Positions 9,411-17,805 of a DNA stretch of 64,000 nucleotides are shown piece by piece. The position numbers were made by a program, and so were the translations under genes. Under the pieces are notes generated by a model. The model had not been told where the DNA came from. It did not search any database and was given only the letters and a program-made list of their open reading frames with translations. Source of the DNA: Candidatus Kaiserbacteria bacterium (GTDB lineage Bacteria > Patescibacteriota > Minisyncoccia > Phycocordibacterales > JABAAK01). Position 1 is the first letter of the stretch. Each line of letters begins with the position of its first letter. The DNA is taken from assembly GCA_026713605.1 (NCBI GenBank), contig JAPOOC010000005.1, forward strand, positions 18,836 through 82,835, in the 5' to 3' direction.

Positions 9411-10496
9411 ATGGCAATTGTAGGGTGGTACACTATACAACATATGGCAACAGAGGTTATACTGCTCGGAATTGCTGTTTTTTGGTCGGCAGTGGGTATG
9501 GGTGTCGGCGTGACGGCAATAGTTATTCCCGGTCTTAAAAAAATGCAAGCGCAAAAAAAGAAGGATCGCAAAGAGACGATGTATGGAACAGAGGCGGTTG
9601 AGTTTAATAAGATACGGAAGGCAGAAGAGCGACAGGTAAAAAAGGAACCTGTTGCACGGATCGGTGGCCTGACCTTGCTGCCGACCATCCTATTTATCGG
9701 CTTGTGTGTTGCATGGGTACTGCAATCAACATTGCTGGCGGTGTGTGTGATGTTGATACTCGGCGTAGCATTAGTAGCACTGTATGATGACCTGCTTGAT
9801 ATTGGTTTGCTACAGGGGACGGTGTGGCGGGCACGAAAGCGATTACTACTGATGGGATTGGTTGCATTTGTGGGTGGCGTCGGACTCTACTATCAACTGC
9901 TACCCGGTACCATTTCATTGTTACCGTTCCCAGCATTTGAGCAAATAGCGGTCGGGGCATGGTTGCCACTGCTGTTCGTAGCGTGGTACATTTTTTGGCA
10001 AGCATCATCTATGATAGACGGCATAGACGGGCTGTCGGGCAGTATATTTTTGGTGTTATTTATTGGTACCGGGGTAGTAAGCATGCTGCAGGGAAGCGTT
10101 GAACCATTGCTGTTGAGCGCTTTAGGGGCGGGTGTCATGGTGCCATGGCTATTTGTAAACTATGCGCCGGCAAAGGCGTATCTGACAGAAACAGGTATTA
10201 CTATTCTGTTAATGCTATATGCGTTGATATCGTTTCTGCTTGGCAGCGGGGAACAAGCGGGTGACGGCTTATGGGTTGGCGGTATATTTGGATTGGCACT
10301 CATAGCAACATGGGGCTCAAACGCACTGCAGTTGCTATACCGAAAGAAAACCGGCAAAAAACTATTTCGCATCGCCCCGCTGCACCATCATTTTGAGGCA
10401 CTCGGATTGCCGGGACACGCCGTGGTAACGCGATATATGCTGGCAACAATCGTGTGTGTCATAGGCGGACTCTCGCTCCTTTTCCTGCTACGCTAA
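9411..10496 (+). CDS. mraY: phospho-N-acetylmuramoyl-pentapeptide transferase
   Basis: 361-aa polytopic protein with the MraY-diagnostic APLHHHFE motif (PLHHHFEALG) and DD motifs (LYDDLLD). Located next to ftsW. Confidence 0.75.
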   Translation: MAIVGWYTIQHMATEVILLGIAVFWSAVGMGVGVTAIVIPGLKKMQAQKKKDRKETMYGTEAVEFNKIRKAEERQVKKEPVARIGGLTLLPTILFIGLCVAWVLQSTLLAVCVMLILGVALVALYDDLLDIGLLQGTVWRARKRLLLMGLVAFVGGVGLYYQLLPGTISLLPFPAFEQIAVGAWLPLLFVAWYIFWQASSMIDGIDGLSGSIFLVLFIGTGVVSMLQGSVEPLLLSALGAGVMVPWLFVNYAPAKAYLTETGITILLMLYALISFLLGSGEQAGDGLWVGGIFGLALIATWGSNALQLLYRKKTGKKLFRIAPLHHHFEALGLPGHAVVTRYMLATIVCVIGGLSLLFLLR

Positions 10497-10519
10497 CCAA
10501 CTGACCTTTTCATTTTTCT

Positions 10520-11686
10520 ATGCAAAACATTATTCGACAGTACATTACCAAAAAAGACCAACTACAGCGGTTGATATTGCTGATGATCGGCACGCTGTTT
10601 TGTATGGGACTGTTTTTCCTCTTTTATGCATATATTGCCGAGGCGATAAAATTACCGAACATAAAGATATTTAACAACTTAGGCGTGCAAATCGCAGCAT
10701 TTGGAGTCGGATTGTTGGTAATGTACTTGGTATCACGATTGAAGTATCAGGTATACCGACGGCACATTCTTTTGATCGGCGGACTCTCGCTGGTATCAAT
10801 GTTGCTACTGGTCACGCCATTGGCAATTGAGCGGAACGGTGCGGTGCGGTGGTTAGACCTGGGCATTCTACAGTTTCAACCTTCTGAAATTCTCAAGTTG
10901 GGGTTTGTGCTATTTTTCGCATTCTTATTTACACAGAAAAGCATACGGAACAATGTAAAAAAACTACTCACTTTCACAGCTGCCGGATTCATCGTACTAC
11001 TGGGGACTTCAGTGCTACAACCGGACTACGGAGCAGCAGTAATTATCGGTAGTGCCATTATGGGGATGGCAATTATCGCCCGACTGCCAAAAGTATGGTG
11101 GATAAGCATCATCAGCGCGCTCATCGTGGCAAGTATTGGCCTTAGTTTTGTCGCACCATCATACATTGCGAATCGATTTAAGGTATTCTATGATATTAAT
11201 TTTGGTGAACTAACTCCAGAACAACGGTATGGCGAAGCATATCATTCATTACAGAACTTAGAGGCGGTTCGAGTCGGAGGGTTACTCGGGCAAGGACCCG
11301 GATATGTGGCACAGAGTTCACATCTCAGTATTCCCGAGGTGACAACCGACTCTATTTTCGCACTCATTGCAGCTGAAGTCGGCTTTATCGGATCACTCAT
11401 TTTGATTACATTGTTTTTATGCTTCTTTCTGTTATGCTATACCATCGCTGACTTTACAAAAGACCCGTTCGGAAAGTATGTGGTGGTGGGTATCACGACA
11501 CTATTTGCCGCACAATTTTTCGTAAACATCCTGGTGGTACTCGGATTACCAGCAACCGGTATTCCACTCATCTTCTTTAGTCGTGGTGGTAGCTCTTTGG
11601 TTATCACACTTGCTTCAGTAGGTATCATCTTGAATGTGCTGAAACAGAAGCCAACACGGCGAGAAATTTACCGAGGAGAGATATAG
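10520..11686 (+). CDS. ftsW: FtsW/RodA/SpoVE family peptidoglycan glycosyltransferase
   Basis: Conserved SEDS motifs LQPDYGAAVIIG and GLPATGIPLIFFSRGGSSL. Confidence 0.8.
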   Translation: MQNIIRQYITKKDQLQRLILLMIGTLFCMGLFFLFYAYIAEAIKLPNIKIFNNLGVQIAAFGVGLLVMYLVSRLKYQVYRRHILLIGGLSLVSMLLLVTPLAIERNGAVRWLDLGILQFQPSEILKLGFVLFFAFLFTQKSIRNNVKKLLTFTAAGFIVLLGTSVLQPDYGAAVIIGSAIMGMAIIARLPKVWWISIISALIVASIGLSFVAPSYIANRFKVFYDINFGELTPEQRYGEAYHSLQNLEAVRVGGLLGQGPGYVAQSSHLSIPEVTTDSIFALIAAEVGFIGSLILITLFLCFFLLCYTIADFTKDPFGKYVVVGITTLFAAQFFVNILVVLGLPATGIPLIFFSRGGSSLVITLASVGIILNVLKQKPTRREIYRGEI

Positions 11687-11767
11687 GGCGGGAGCAGAAA
11701 CAGCCACAAGATTCCCTCGCTGATAAGGTGTGCATAGCACAGGGGGAGACAGATTGGGTGTGGTAGT

Positions 11768-12463
11768 ATGAAAAGTATAATGAGTATTGTATCGTTTGAA
11801 GAGGCAACAAAGTATTACGGCGATAATGTCGCGGTGCAAGATGTGTCCTTTGAAATTGACGGCGGCGATTTTGTTACCTTAGTCGGACACTCCGGCTCGG
11901 GAAAGAGTACCCTCTTTAAGTTAATTTTAGGTGAGGAAGATGTGTATTCGGGTGTGGTGCGTCGCGGTGGTGTAGACATTGCCGGCATGACAAAGAAAGA
12001 ATTACTGGAACACCGGCGAAAGACCGGCGTTATTTTCCAAAACTTCCGGTTACTACCACGAAAAACGGTCTATGAAAACATTTCATTTGCGATGGAGGCG
12101 CTCGGCTACGATGAAAAACAGATAGAAAACGATGTGCCATATGTACTGGACTTGGTTGATCTGCGACATAAGGTGTGGTCGTTTTCGCAGGAACTCTCCG
12201 GCGGTGAACAGCAGCGGGTAGCAATCGCGCGAGCAATTGTAAATCAGCCAGAACTACTGCTCGCAGATGAACCAACCGGCAACCTTGACCCAGTGAACGC
12301 ACACGAAGTCATCAACATCTTGAAGCAAATTAACAAACTCGGCACCACCGTTATACTCGCAACACACGACCAAGCAGTGGTAAAAAAGATAAAAAAACGG
12401 GTCATTACCCTCGTAAATGGGGAAGTTGCGCTTGATGACCCGAAAGGTAAGTATATTCTATAA
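11768..12463 (+). CDS. ftsE: cell division ATP-binding protein FtsE
   Basis: ABC ATPase with GHSGSGKST, LSGGEQQRVAIARAI and LLLADEPTGNLD. Immediately followed by ftsX. Confidence 0.8.
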   Translation: MKSIMSIVSFEEATKYYGDNVAVQDVSFEIDGGDFVTLVGHSGSGKSTLFKLILGEEDVYSGVVRRGGVDIAGMTKKELLEHRRKTGVIFQNFRLLPRKTVYENISFAMEALGYDEKQIENDVPYVLDLVDLRHKVWSFSQELSGGEQQRVAIARAIVNQPELLLADEPTGNLDPVNAHEVINILKQINKLGTTVILATHDQAVVKKIKKRVITLVNGEVALDDPKGKYIL

Positions 12464-12465
12464 GT

Positions 12466-13404
12466 ATGGCAGGAACACAAATAAAAAGAATTTTTTACTT
12501 AGGATTAGTAAATGTAGTACGAAACTCATTTGTTTCGTTCTCGGTGGTATTTATTATGACCGTCTCATTATTCATCGTCGGCTTTTCATTGCTGTTCGGA
12601 CAGGTAATGAATGATGTTACTGAGGAGTTGCGAAACAAAGTTGATGTAACCGCATACTTTATAACAGACACTCCCGAAGAGCAGATACTCGCATTTCGCG
12701 ATCGATTAGAAGAGCTCTCACAGGTGCGAGAGGTTTTCTATGTGTCACAAGAGACGGCATTAGAAGAGTATCGCAAACGACATGAAAATGACTTAGATAT
12801 TTTGCACGGATTAGATCTCCTCAAAGAAACCGAGACCCCAAACCCGTTCCGCGCACGACTATCCATTCGTGCACAGCAGTCAGGTGACTTCGAATCAATT
12901 GTTCGCTTTTTAGATAATGAAGATGTCCTATCCGACAACCCATCAACAGTGATTGATAAGATTGATTTCTATCAAAACCGGCAAGTCATCATGCGCCTCT
13001 CGTCCGTTGTAGACACCGCAACATTACTGACCCATGTGGTAATCGCACTGCTGATATTTATCTCTTTCATCATCGTCTTTAATATCATCCGTCTCATCAT
13101 CTATCTCAGTCGCGAGGAGATCAAAGTAATGCGCCTTATCGGAGCGGAGGATTGGTATGTTCGGGCACCATTCTTGGTCTCAGGAGGCATCTACGGATTA
13201 GTTGGCTCAATTTTAGCAACCGTCATGCTGTACCCCATTTCCTACTGGCTTTCTCCGGTAGTTGAACGATTCTTTGAAGGGCAAGGTCTCTTCTCCTACT
13301 ATATTTCAGAGTTCTTCGTGTTAGTGCTTATTCTAACCGCCTTAGGAGTGTTTGTCGGAGTGTTTTCAAGCTACCTCTCCTCCCATCGCTATCTCGATGA
13401 TTAA
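12466..13404 (+). CDS. ftsX: cell division permease FtsX
   Basis: 312 aa with one N-terminal TM segment, a periplasmic domain and three C-terminal TM segments. Translationally coupled to ftsE. Confidence 0.75.
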   Translation: MAGTQIKRIFYLGLVNVVRNSFVSFSVVFIMTVSLFIVGFSLLFGQVMNDVTEELRNKVDVTAYFITDTPEEQILAFRDRLEELSQVREVFYVSQETALEEYRKRHENDLDILHGLDLLKETETPNPFRARLSIRAQQSGDFESIVRFLDNEDVLSDNPSTVIDKIDFYQNRQVIMRLSSVVDTATLLTHVVIALLIFISFIIVFNIIRLIIYLSREEIKVMRLIGAEDWYVRAPFLVSGGIYGLVGSILATVMLYPISYWLSPVVERFFEGQGLFSYYISEFFVLVLILTALGVFVGVFSSYLSSHRYLDD

Positions 13405-13457
13405 TCTGCAGAAAAGATAAAAGTGTATTATCATAAAACTGTACGCCACATGCGTAT

Positions 13458-13532
13458 TGCCGGATCGTCTAATTGGTAGGACGACGGGTTTTGATCCCGT
13501 TAATCTAGGTTCGAGTCCTAGTCCGGCAGCCA
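13458..13532 (+). tRNA. tRNA-Gln (anticodon UUG), CCA encoded
   Basis: Acceptor stem TGCCGGA/TCCGGCA with U1:A72 as in many tRNA-Gln. D-loop AATTGGTAG. Anticodon stem ACGGG/CCCGT with loop TTTTGAT (anticodon TTG). T-arm GGTTCGAGTCC, then GCCA. A terminator hairpin AAACCC-ccgcaaa-GGGTTTTTGTTTT follows. Confidence 0.7.
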
Positions 13533-13682
13533 ATAAAATAGGTAATACCAAACATGACAAAACCCCCGCAAAGGGTTTTTGTTTTCATGGTCACAGCAAC
13601 CATAACGCAAACCCAAGAAATAGCAAATTTAGACGGTTGGTGATAGAATAAGAGTACATATAAACAATGTCATAAAATAGGT

Positions 13683-15740
13683 ATGAAAAAAATAGATTTT
13701 CACATCCACACCATTCCCACAAAAGGCAAGGATGCAGTTTTTGAATTTAATTCAACAAAATTTCAAGAATATGTCAACACTTTTTCTCTAGATGCTGTTG
13801 CTATAACAAATCATAATGTATTCAACATAGAGCAATACAATACAATAAAATCTTTTTTGCAGGGCGTTGTTATTTTTCCAGGCATTGAAATAGACCTTGA
13901 GGAGGGCCAATTATTATTGATTGGTGAAAATGAAGATCTCAATGATTTTAATCAGAAATGTAAATCTATAGAAAATGAGTTAGAGATAGGAAAAAAAATA
14001 ACTGCCAGTAAATTAAAAGAAATTTTTACTGATCTAAATAAATACTTACTAATACCTCATTACGATAAAAAACCAAAAGTTTCTCAAGACATAATTAACT
14101 CTTTCAACGGTTATATTTTTGTTGGTGAAGTTTCAAGTCCAAAAAAATTTTATCGTGCCATAAAAGATACAAGTTCCCTTGCGCCGGTTGTCTTTAGTGA
14201 TATTAGGATTGATGAGAACCTTGACCTTAAAGAATATCAGGGTAAGTACACATTTATTCAAACAAATTCTAACCCATTAACACTTGATGCAATTAAAGCC
14301 GCTTTAATGGATAAAAATAAAATTTTTTTATCCGACAGCGGTAAGCGTGAATTTTTCCAAGTTTTTAACAGCGGGCAAGAGTTATCAAGCGGGTTAAACG
14401 TTGTTGTCGGCGGTAGATCAACGGGTAAAACTTACCTTTTAGACAAGTTAGATAAAATTTTTAATGTTGGAGATCAGTCAGTTAAATACATCAGGCAATT
14501 TGACTTAGTAACGGATGATGAAAAAAAATTTGATGAGCGAGTAGAAAGAGAGAAGAGTGAGGTCAAAGAAGAATATCTAAGAGAATTTCGTAATGTGGTA
14601 GAAAGTGTCATTGAAATAGATTTAAAAGAAACAAATCATAAATTGGAAAAATACATTGAGACATTGTTAGATTTTGCTTCAAGTGAAAAACTTCAGGATG
14701 AGTTTTCTAAGGCAAATCTATTCAAGGAAAATATGTATATGGTAAGGCAGGATCAGGAGGATGAATTAAAAAATCTATTCAATGCTGTTGCCTTGCTGTT
14801 GAAGAATAACACACATAAAGAAACAATAAGGCAATATATTTCCAGGGATGCCCTACAAGAATTGTTTGATGATCTAACAATGAAGTATAAACAAATGTTA
14901 GAGGCACGCCTAAAGAAGGAGTGGGTAAACATGGTGGTCAAAGATATAAAGCAACAATTACAAAGGAAAACATCTAGTCCAAAAATTGACGATGATGAGA
15001 TTGATTTCTATCAAGTAAAATTAGAAAGAGAGAAAATGAGGAGATTTAATGCCATTGCAAAGGGAATAAAGAAAGAAAATGAAATAAAAAAAGTAGATGC
15101 TTTCGGGAAGTTTAAAGTAAGAGCACTCGCAACCCATTATGCAAGGGCAGGAGATTTGCGTAATGAATCTGGAAAGAGGGTTTCTTTCGCCAATGCGTTC
15201 AAAAATTATGATAGGCCAATTGTTTTTTTGAGGGAATTAAAAAATATTGAAGATCTTTCAAAAAGCGATTTATATAAATACTTTTGTAAGGTAACTTATG
15301 AAGTATTAAACGAATATGAAAGAAAAGTGTCTGGTGGTGAAATGGCAGAGTTTAACTTGCTCAAGACTTTGGAGGATGCACGACAATACGAAATGTTGCT
15401 GATAGATGAACCTGAGTCTTCTTTTGATAATCTATTTCTGAAAGAGAGTGTAAATGAGGAAATTAAGGATCTTTCAAAAGATATGCCCGTTATCGTTGTG
15501 ACACACAGCAGTACCGTTGGCATGCTTTTGAAGCCTGACTACATTTTATACACAGAAAGAAAAATTGTTGATGGCAAAGATGAGTACAAGATTTTTTCTG
15601 GATCTCCTGGAGATAAAAGATTAAAAACCGCTGATGGCAACGAATCGGTGAAAAGTTATAATACACTCTTGAGCGCATTAGAGGGTGGGCAGGAAGCATA
15701 CGGTACTAAAAATAAATTATATGGGAGTTATAAAAAATGA
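13683..15740 (+). CDS. PHP-domain phosphoesterase fused to an ABC/SMC-like ATPase (OLD/SbcC-like architecture); candidate defense nuclease
   Basis: N-terminal PHP motifs DFHIHT, AITNHN and PGIEID. Walker A GGRSTGKTYLLD. C-terminal signature-like VSGGEMAEFNLL, Walker B LLIDEPESSFD and H-loop VVTHS. AT-rich codon usage. Confidence 0.55.
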   Translation: MKKIDFHIHTIPTKGKDAVFEFNSTKFQEYVNTFSLDAVAITNHNVFNIEQYNTIKSFLQGVVIFPGIEIDLEEGQLLLIGENEDLNDFNQKCKSIENELEIGKKITASKLKEIFTDLNKYLLIPHYDKKPKVSQDIINSFNGYIFVGEVSSPKKFYRAIKDTSSLAPVVFSDIRIDENLDLKEYQGKYTFIQTNSNPLTLDAIKAALMDKNKIFLSDSGKREFFQVFNSGQELSSGLNVVVGGRSTGKTYLLDKLDKIFNVGDQSVKYIRQFDLVTDDEKKFDERVEREKSEVKEEYLREFRNVVESVIEIDLKETNHKLEKYIETLLDFASSEKLQDEFSKANLFKENMYMVRQDQEDELKNLFNAVALLLKNNTHKETIRQYISRDALQELFDDLTMKYKQMLEARLKKEWVNMVVKDIKQQLQRKTSSPKIDDDEIDFYQVKLEREKMRRFNAIAKGIKKENEIKKVDAFGKFKVRALATHYARAGDLRNESGKRVSFANAFKNYDRPIVFLRELKNIEDLSKSDLYKYFCKVTYEVLNEYERKVSGGEMAEFNLLKTLEDARQYEMLLIDEPESSFDNLFLKESVNEEIKDLSKDMPVIVVTHSSTVGMLLKPDYILYTERKIVDGKDEYKIFSGSPGDKRLKTADGNESVKSYNTLLSALEGGQEAYGTKNKLYGSYKK

Positions 15741-15741
15741 T

Positions 15742-16092
15742 ATGAGGTATTTAAAAATAAAAAATGATCAAGGTTTTTATTGGGATGGAAAAGAGGATCG
15801 AGAAATTGATAAAATCAACAAGGATGACCTTCTTAAATTGCTGAATGCAGCAGAAACTGATGAGTTTTCGATGGATCCTTATGATGATAGTCTTATAAAG
15901 AATAAAGCCCATCAGATAATTTACGAAAATATACATTCAAAAATCACTCAATTTTTGGATGAAAAGGATCAGTTTAAAAATCAAGTTGATGGTTTATATA
16001 AAGAAGCAATAAGAAAATACTCTGCTGATGTTCAAAATAAAGAGACTGACGATATTGGTAATTTGGAAGATGAAAATGAGTCAGCAGATTGA
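15742..16092 (+). CDS. small acidic hypothetical protein, operon partner of the PHP-ATPase
   Basis: Its ATG is 2 nt after the upstream stop. 116 aa ending in an Asp/Glu-rich tail. The ORF track's longer version (15685) overlaps the upstream gene. Confidence 0.4.
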   Translation: MRYLKIKNDQGFYWDGKEDREIDKINKDDLLKLLNAAETDEFSMDPYDDSLIKNKAHQIIYENIHSKITQFLDEKDQFKNQVDGLYKEAIRKYSADVQNKETDDIGNLEDENESAD

Positions 16093-16095
16093 TCT

Positions 16096-17805
16096 TTGTG
16101 GCTTAGTGGTATACTGACTTACATGGAGAACGGCAAAGAAAATGGAAAGGGGAGGCACACGGAGCGTAGCAATAAAATCGGGTTGTTTATCAATCGAATG
16201 AGTGAGGTTGTACTGTCATTTCCGTTTAAGGATTGTATTCTTGAAGGAGGAATGACAAAGGAGGAGAAAAATGGTGGCAGAGAAGAGCGTTTTTTTTGTG
16301 AAGAGATAGATGGATATGAGATAGACACCTTGAAAGACAGGAAGGTACTGACTAATTTTAGCACAATAGATAGTAAAGGAGAAAAGAAGGCGAAAGACAC
16401 AGAAGGTGTTGACTTTTTTGACAAGCAAGGAAATTTAAAAAACAATCTTTTGATAAAGGGCAATAACTTGTTGACCTTATACTCAATGAAAGAAACATTT
16501 GGCGGAAAAGTGAAAATGATTTATATTGACCCGCCGTATAACACGAGTGGAGACAAAAATACTTTTACCTACAACAATTCATTTAATCACTCAACATGGC
16601 TTACCTTTATGAAAAACAGGTTAGAGGCAGCAAGAGATCTGCTGCGGGATGATGGGGTAATTTTTATCAGTATTGATGATAACGAACAAGCATACTTAAA
16701 GATTTTATGTGATGAGATTTTCGGGAGAGATAATTTTGTCGCGAATATTATTTGGGAAAAGAAGTATTCACCACAGAATGATGCGCGGTGGCTTTCGGAT
16801 ACGCATGACCATGTTTTGTTGTATTCAAAAAACAAAGAAGTGTGGCAACCGAATCTTTTACCAAGGACAGAAGAAATGGATGGCAGATATAAAAACCCGG
16901 ATAATGATCCAAGAGGGTTGTGGAAATCGGGTGACCTTTCAGTGAAAACTTATTCTGCCGCTATGGATTACCCAATCAGGACTCCAAGCAAAAGAACGGT
17001 TCGTCCGCCGGCAAGTCGCTGTTGGAGGTTTTCAAAAAAGAAATTTGAGGAGTTGAGAGTTGATAATAGGATTTGGTTTGGAGAAAAAGGTAATAATGTT
17101 CCAAGTTTAAAAAGATTTTTATCTGAAGTGAAGCAAGGGCTTGTGTCAAAAACAATATGGTATCGTGCAGAAGTTGGCGATAATCAGGAAGCGAAGCAAG
17201 AGATTAAGAATCTTTTTAAAGGAAGCGATACACTTTTCGATACTCCAAAGCCAACACGACTTATTAAAAGAATGTTGCAGTTGGCAACAGATGACAACGA
17301 CATCATCCTTGACTTCTTCGCCGGCAGTGGCACCACCGGACATGCGACGCTTGCGCTGAATGCAGAGGATGGCGGCAACCGAAAATTCATACTCTGCGAA
17401 CAAATTGACGAGCATTTTGATATCTGCAAAGAGCGGCTGCAGAAGGTTTTGAAACAGAGTGGTAAACTACTTGCAAAACCAAGCAAAGAAAAGGTCATAG
17501 CATTTGAATTAAAGCAATATAATCAGATATTTTTAGACAAAATAAAAAAAGCAAAAACCAAAAGGGAATTAGGTGAGGTATACAAAAGTATGCAGAAGAA
17601 TGCATTTTTACAGTTTTGGTTTGAGAAAAAAGAGTTTGAGAAAAATGGATATAAAAAGAAGGAGGTGAATGAGCAGAAGGAAGAATTGCTCGGCATCCTT
17701 GACCTCAATCAGCTCTACTTGAATTATCCGGAAATGGAGGATGTAACATATAAAGTGGCGAAGATTGATCAAGATTTAACGCACAAATTCTATGCCAACA
17801 CTTGA
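16096..17805 (+). CDS. mod: type III restriction-modification Mod (N6-adenine DNA methyltransferase)
   Basis: Motif IV MIYIDPPYNT, AdoMet motif FFAGSGTTGHA and a variable central region. Followed by the Res helicase with a 14-bp overlap. True start Met uncertain. Confidence 0.8.
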   Translation: MWLSGILTYMENGKENGKGRHTERSNKIGLFINRMSEVVLSFPFKDCILEGGMTKEEKNGGREERFFCEEIDGYEIDTLKDRKVLTNFSTIDSKGEKKAKDTEGVDFFDKQGNLKNNLLIKGNNLLTLYSMKETFGGKVKMIYIDPPYNTSGDKNTFTYNNSFNHSTWLTFMKNRLEAARDLLRDDGVIFISIDDNEQAYLKILCDEIFGRDNFVANIIWEKKYSPQNDARWLSDTHDHVLLYSKNKEVWQPNLLPRTEEMDGRYKNPDNDPRGLWKSGDLSVKTYSAAMDYPIRTPSKRTVRPPASRCWRFSKKKFEELRVDNRIWFGEKGNNVPSLKRFLSEVKQGLVSKTIWYRAEVGDNQEAKQEIKNLFKGSDTLFDTPKPTRLIKRMLQLATDDNDIILDFFAGSGTTGHATLALNAEDGGNRKFILCEQIDEHFDICKERLQKVLKQSGKLLAKPSKEKVIAFELKQYNQIFLDKIKKAKTKRELGEVYKSMQKNAFLQFWFEKKEFEKNGYKKKEVNEQKEELLGILDLNQLYLNYPEMEDVTYKVAKIDQDLTHKFYANT

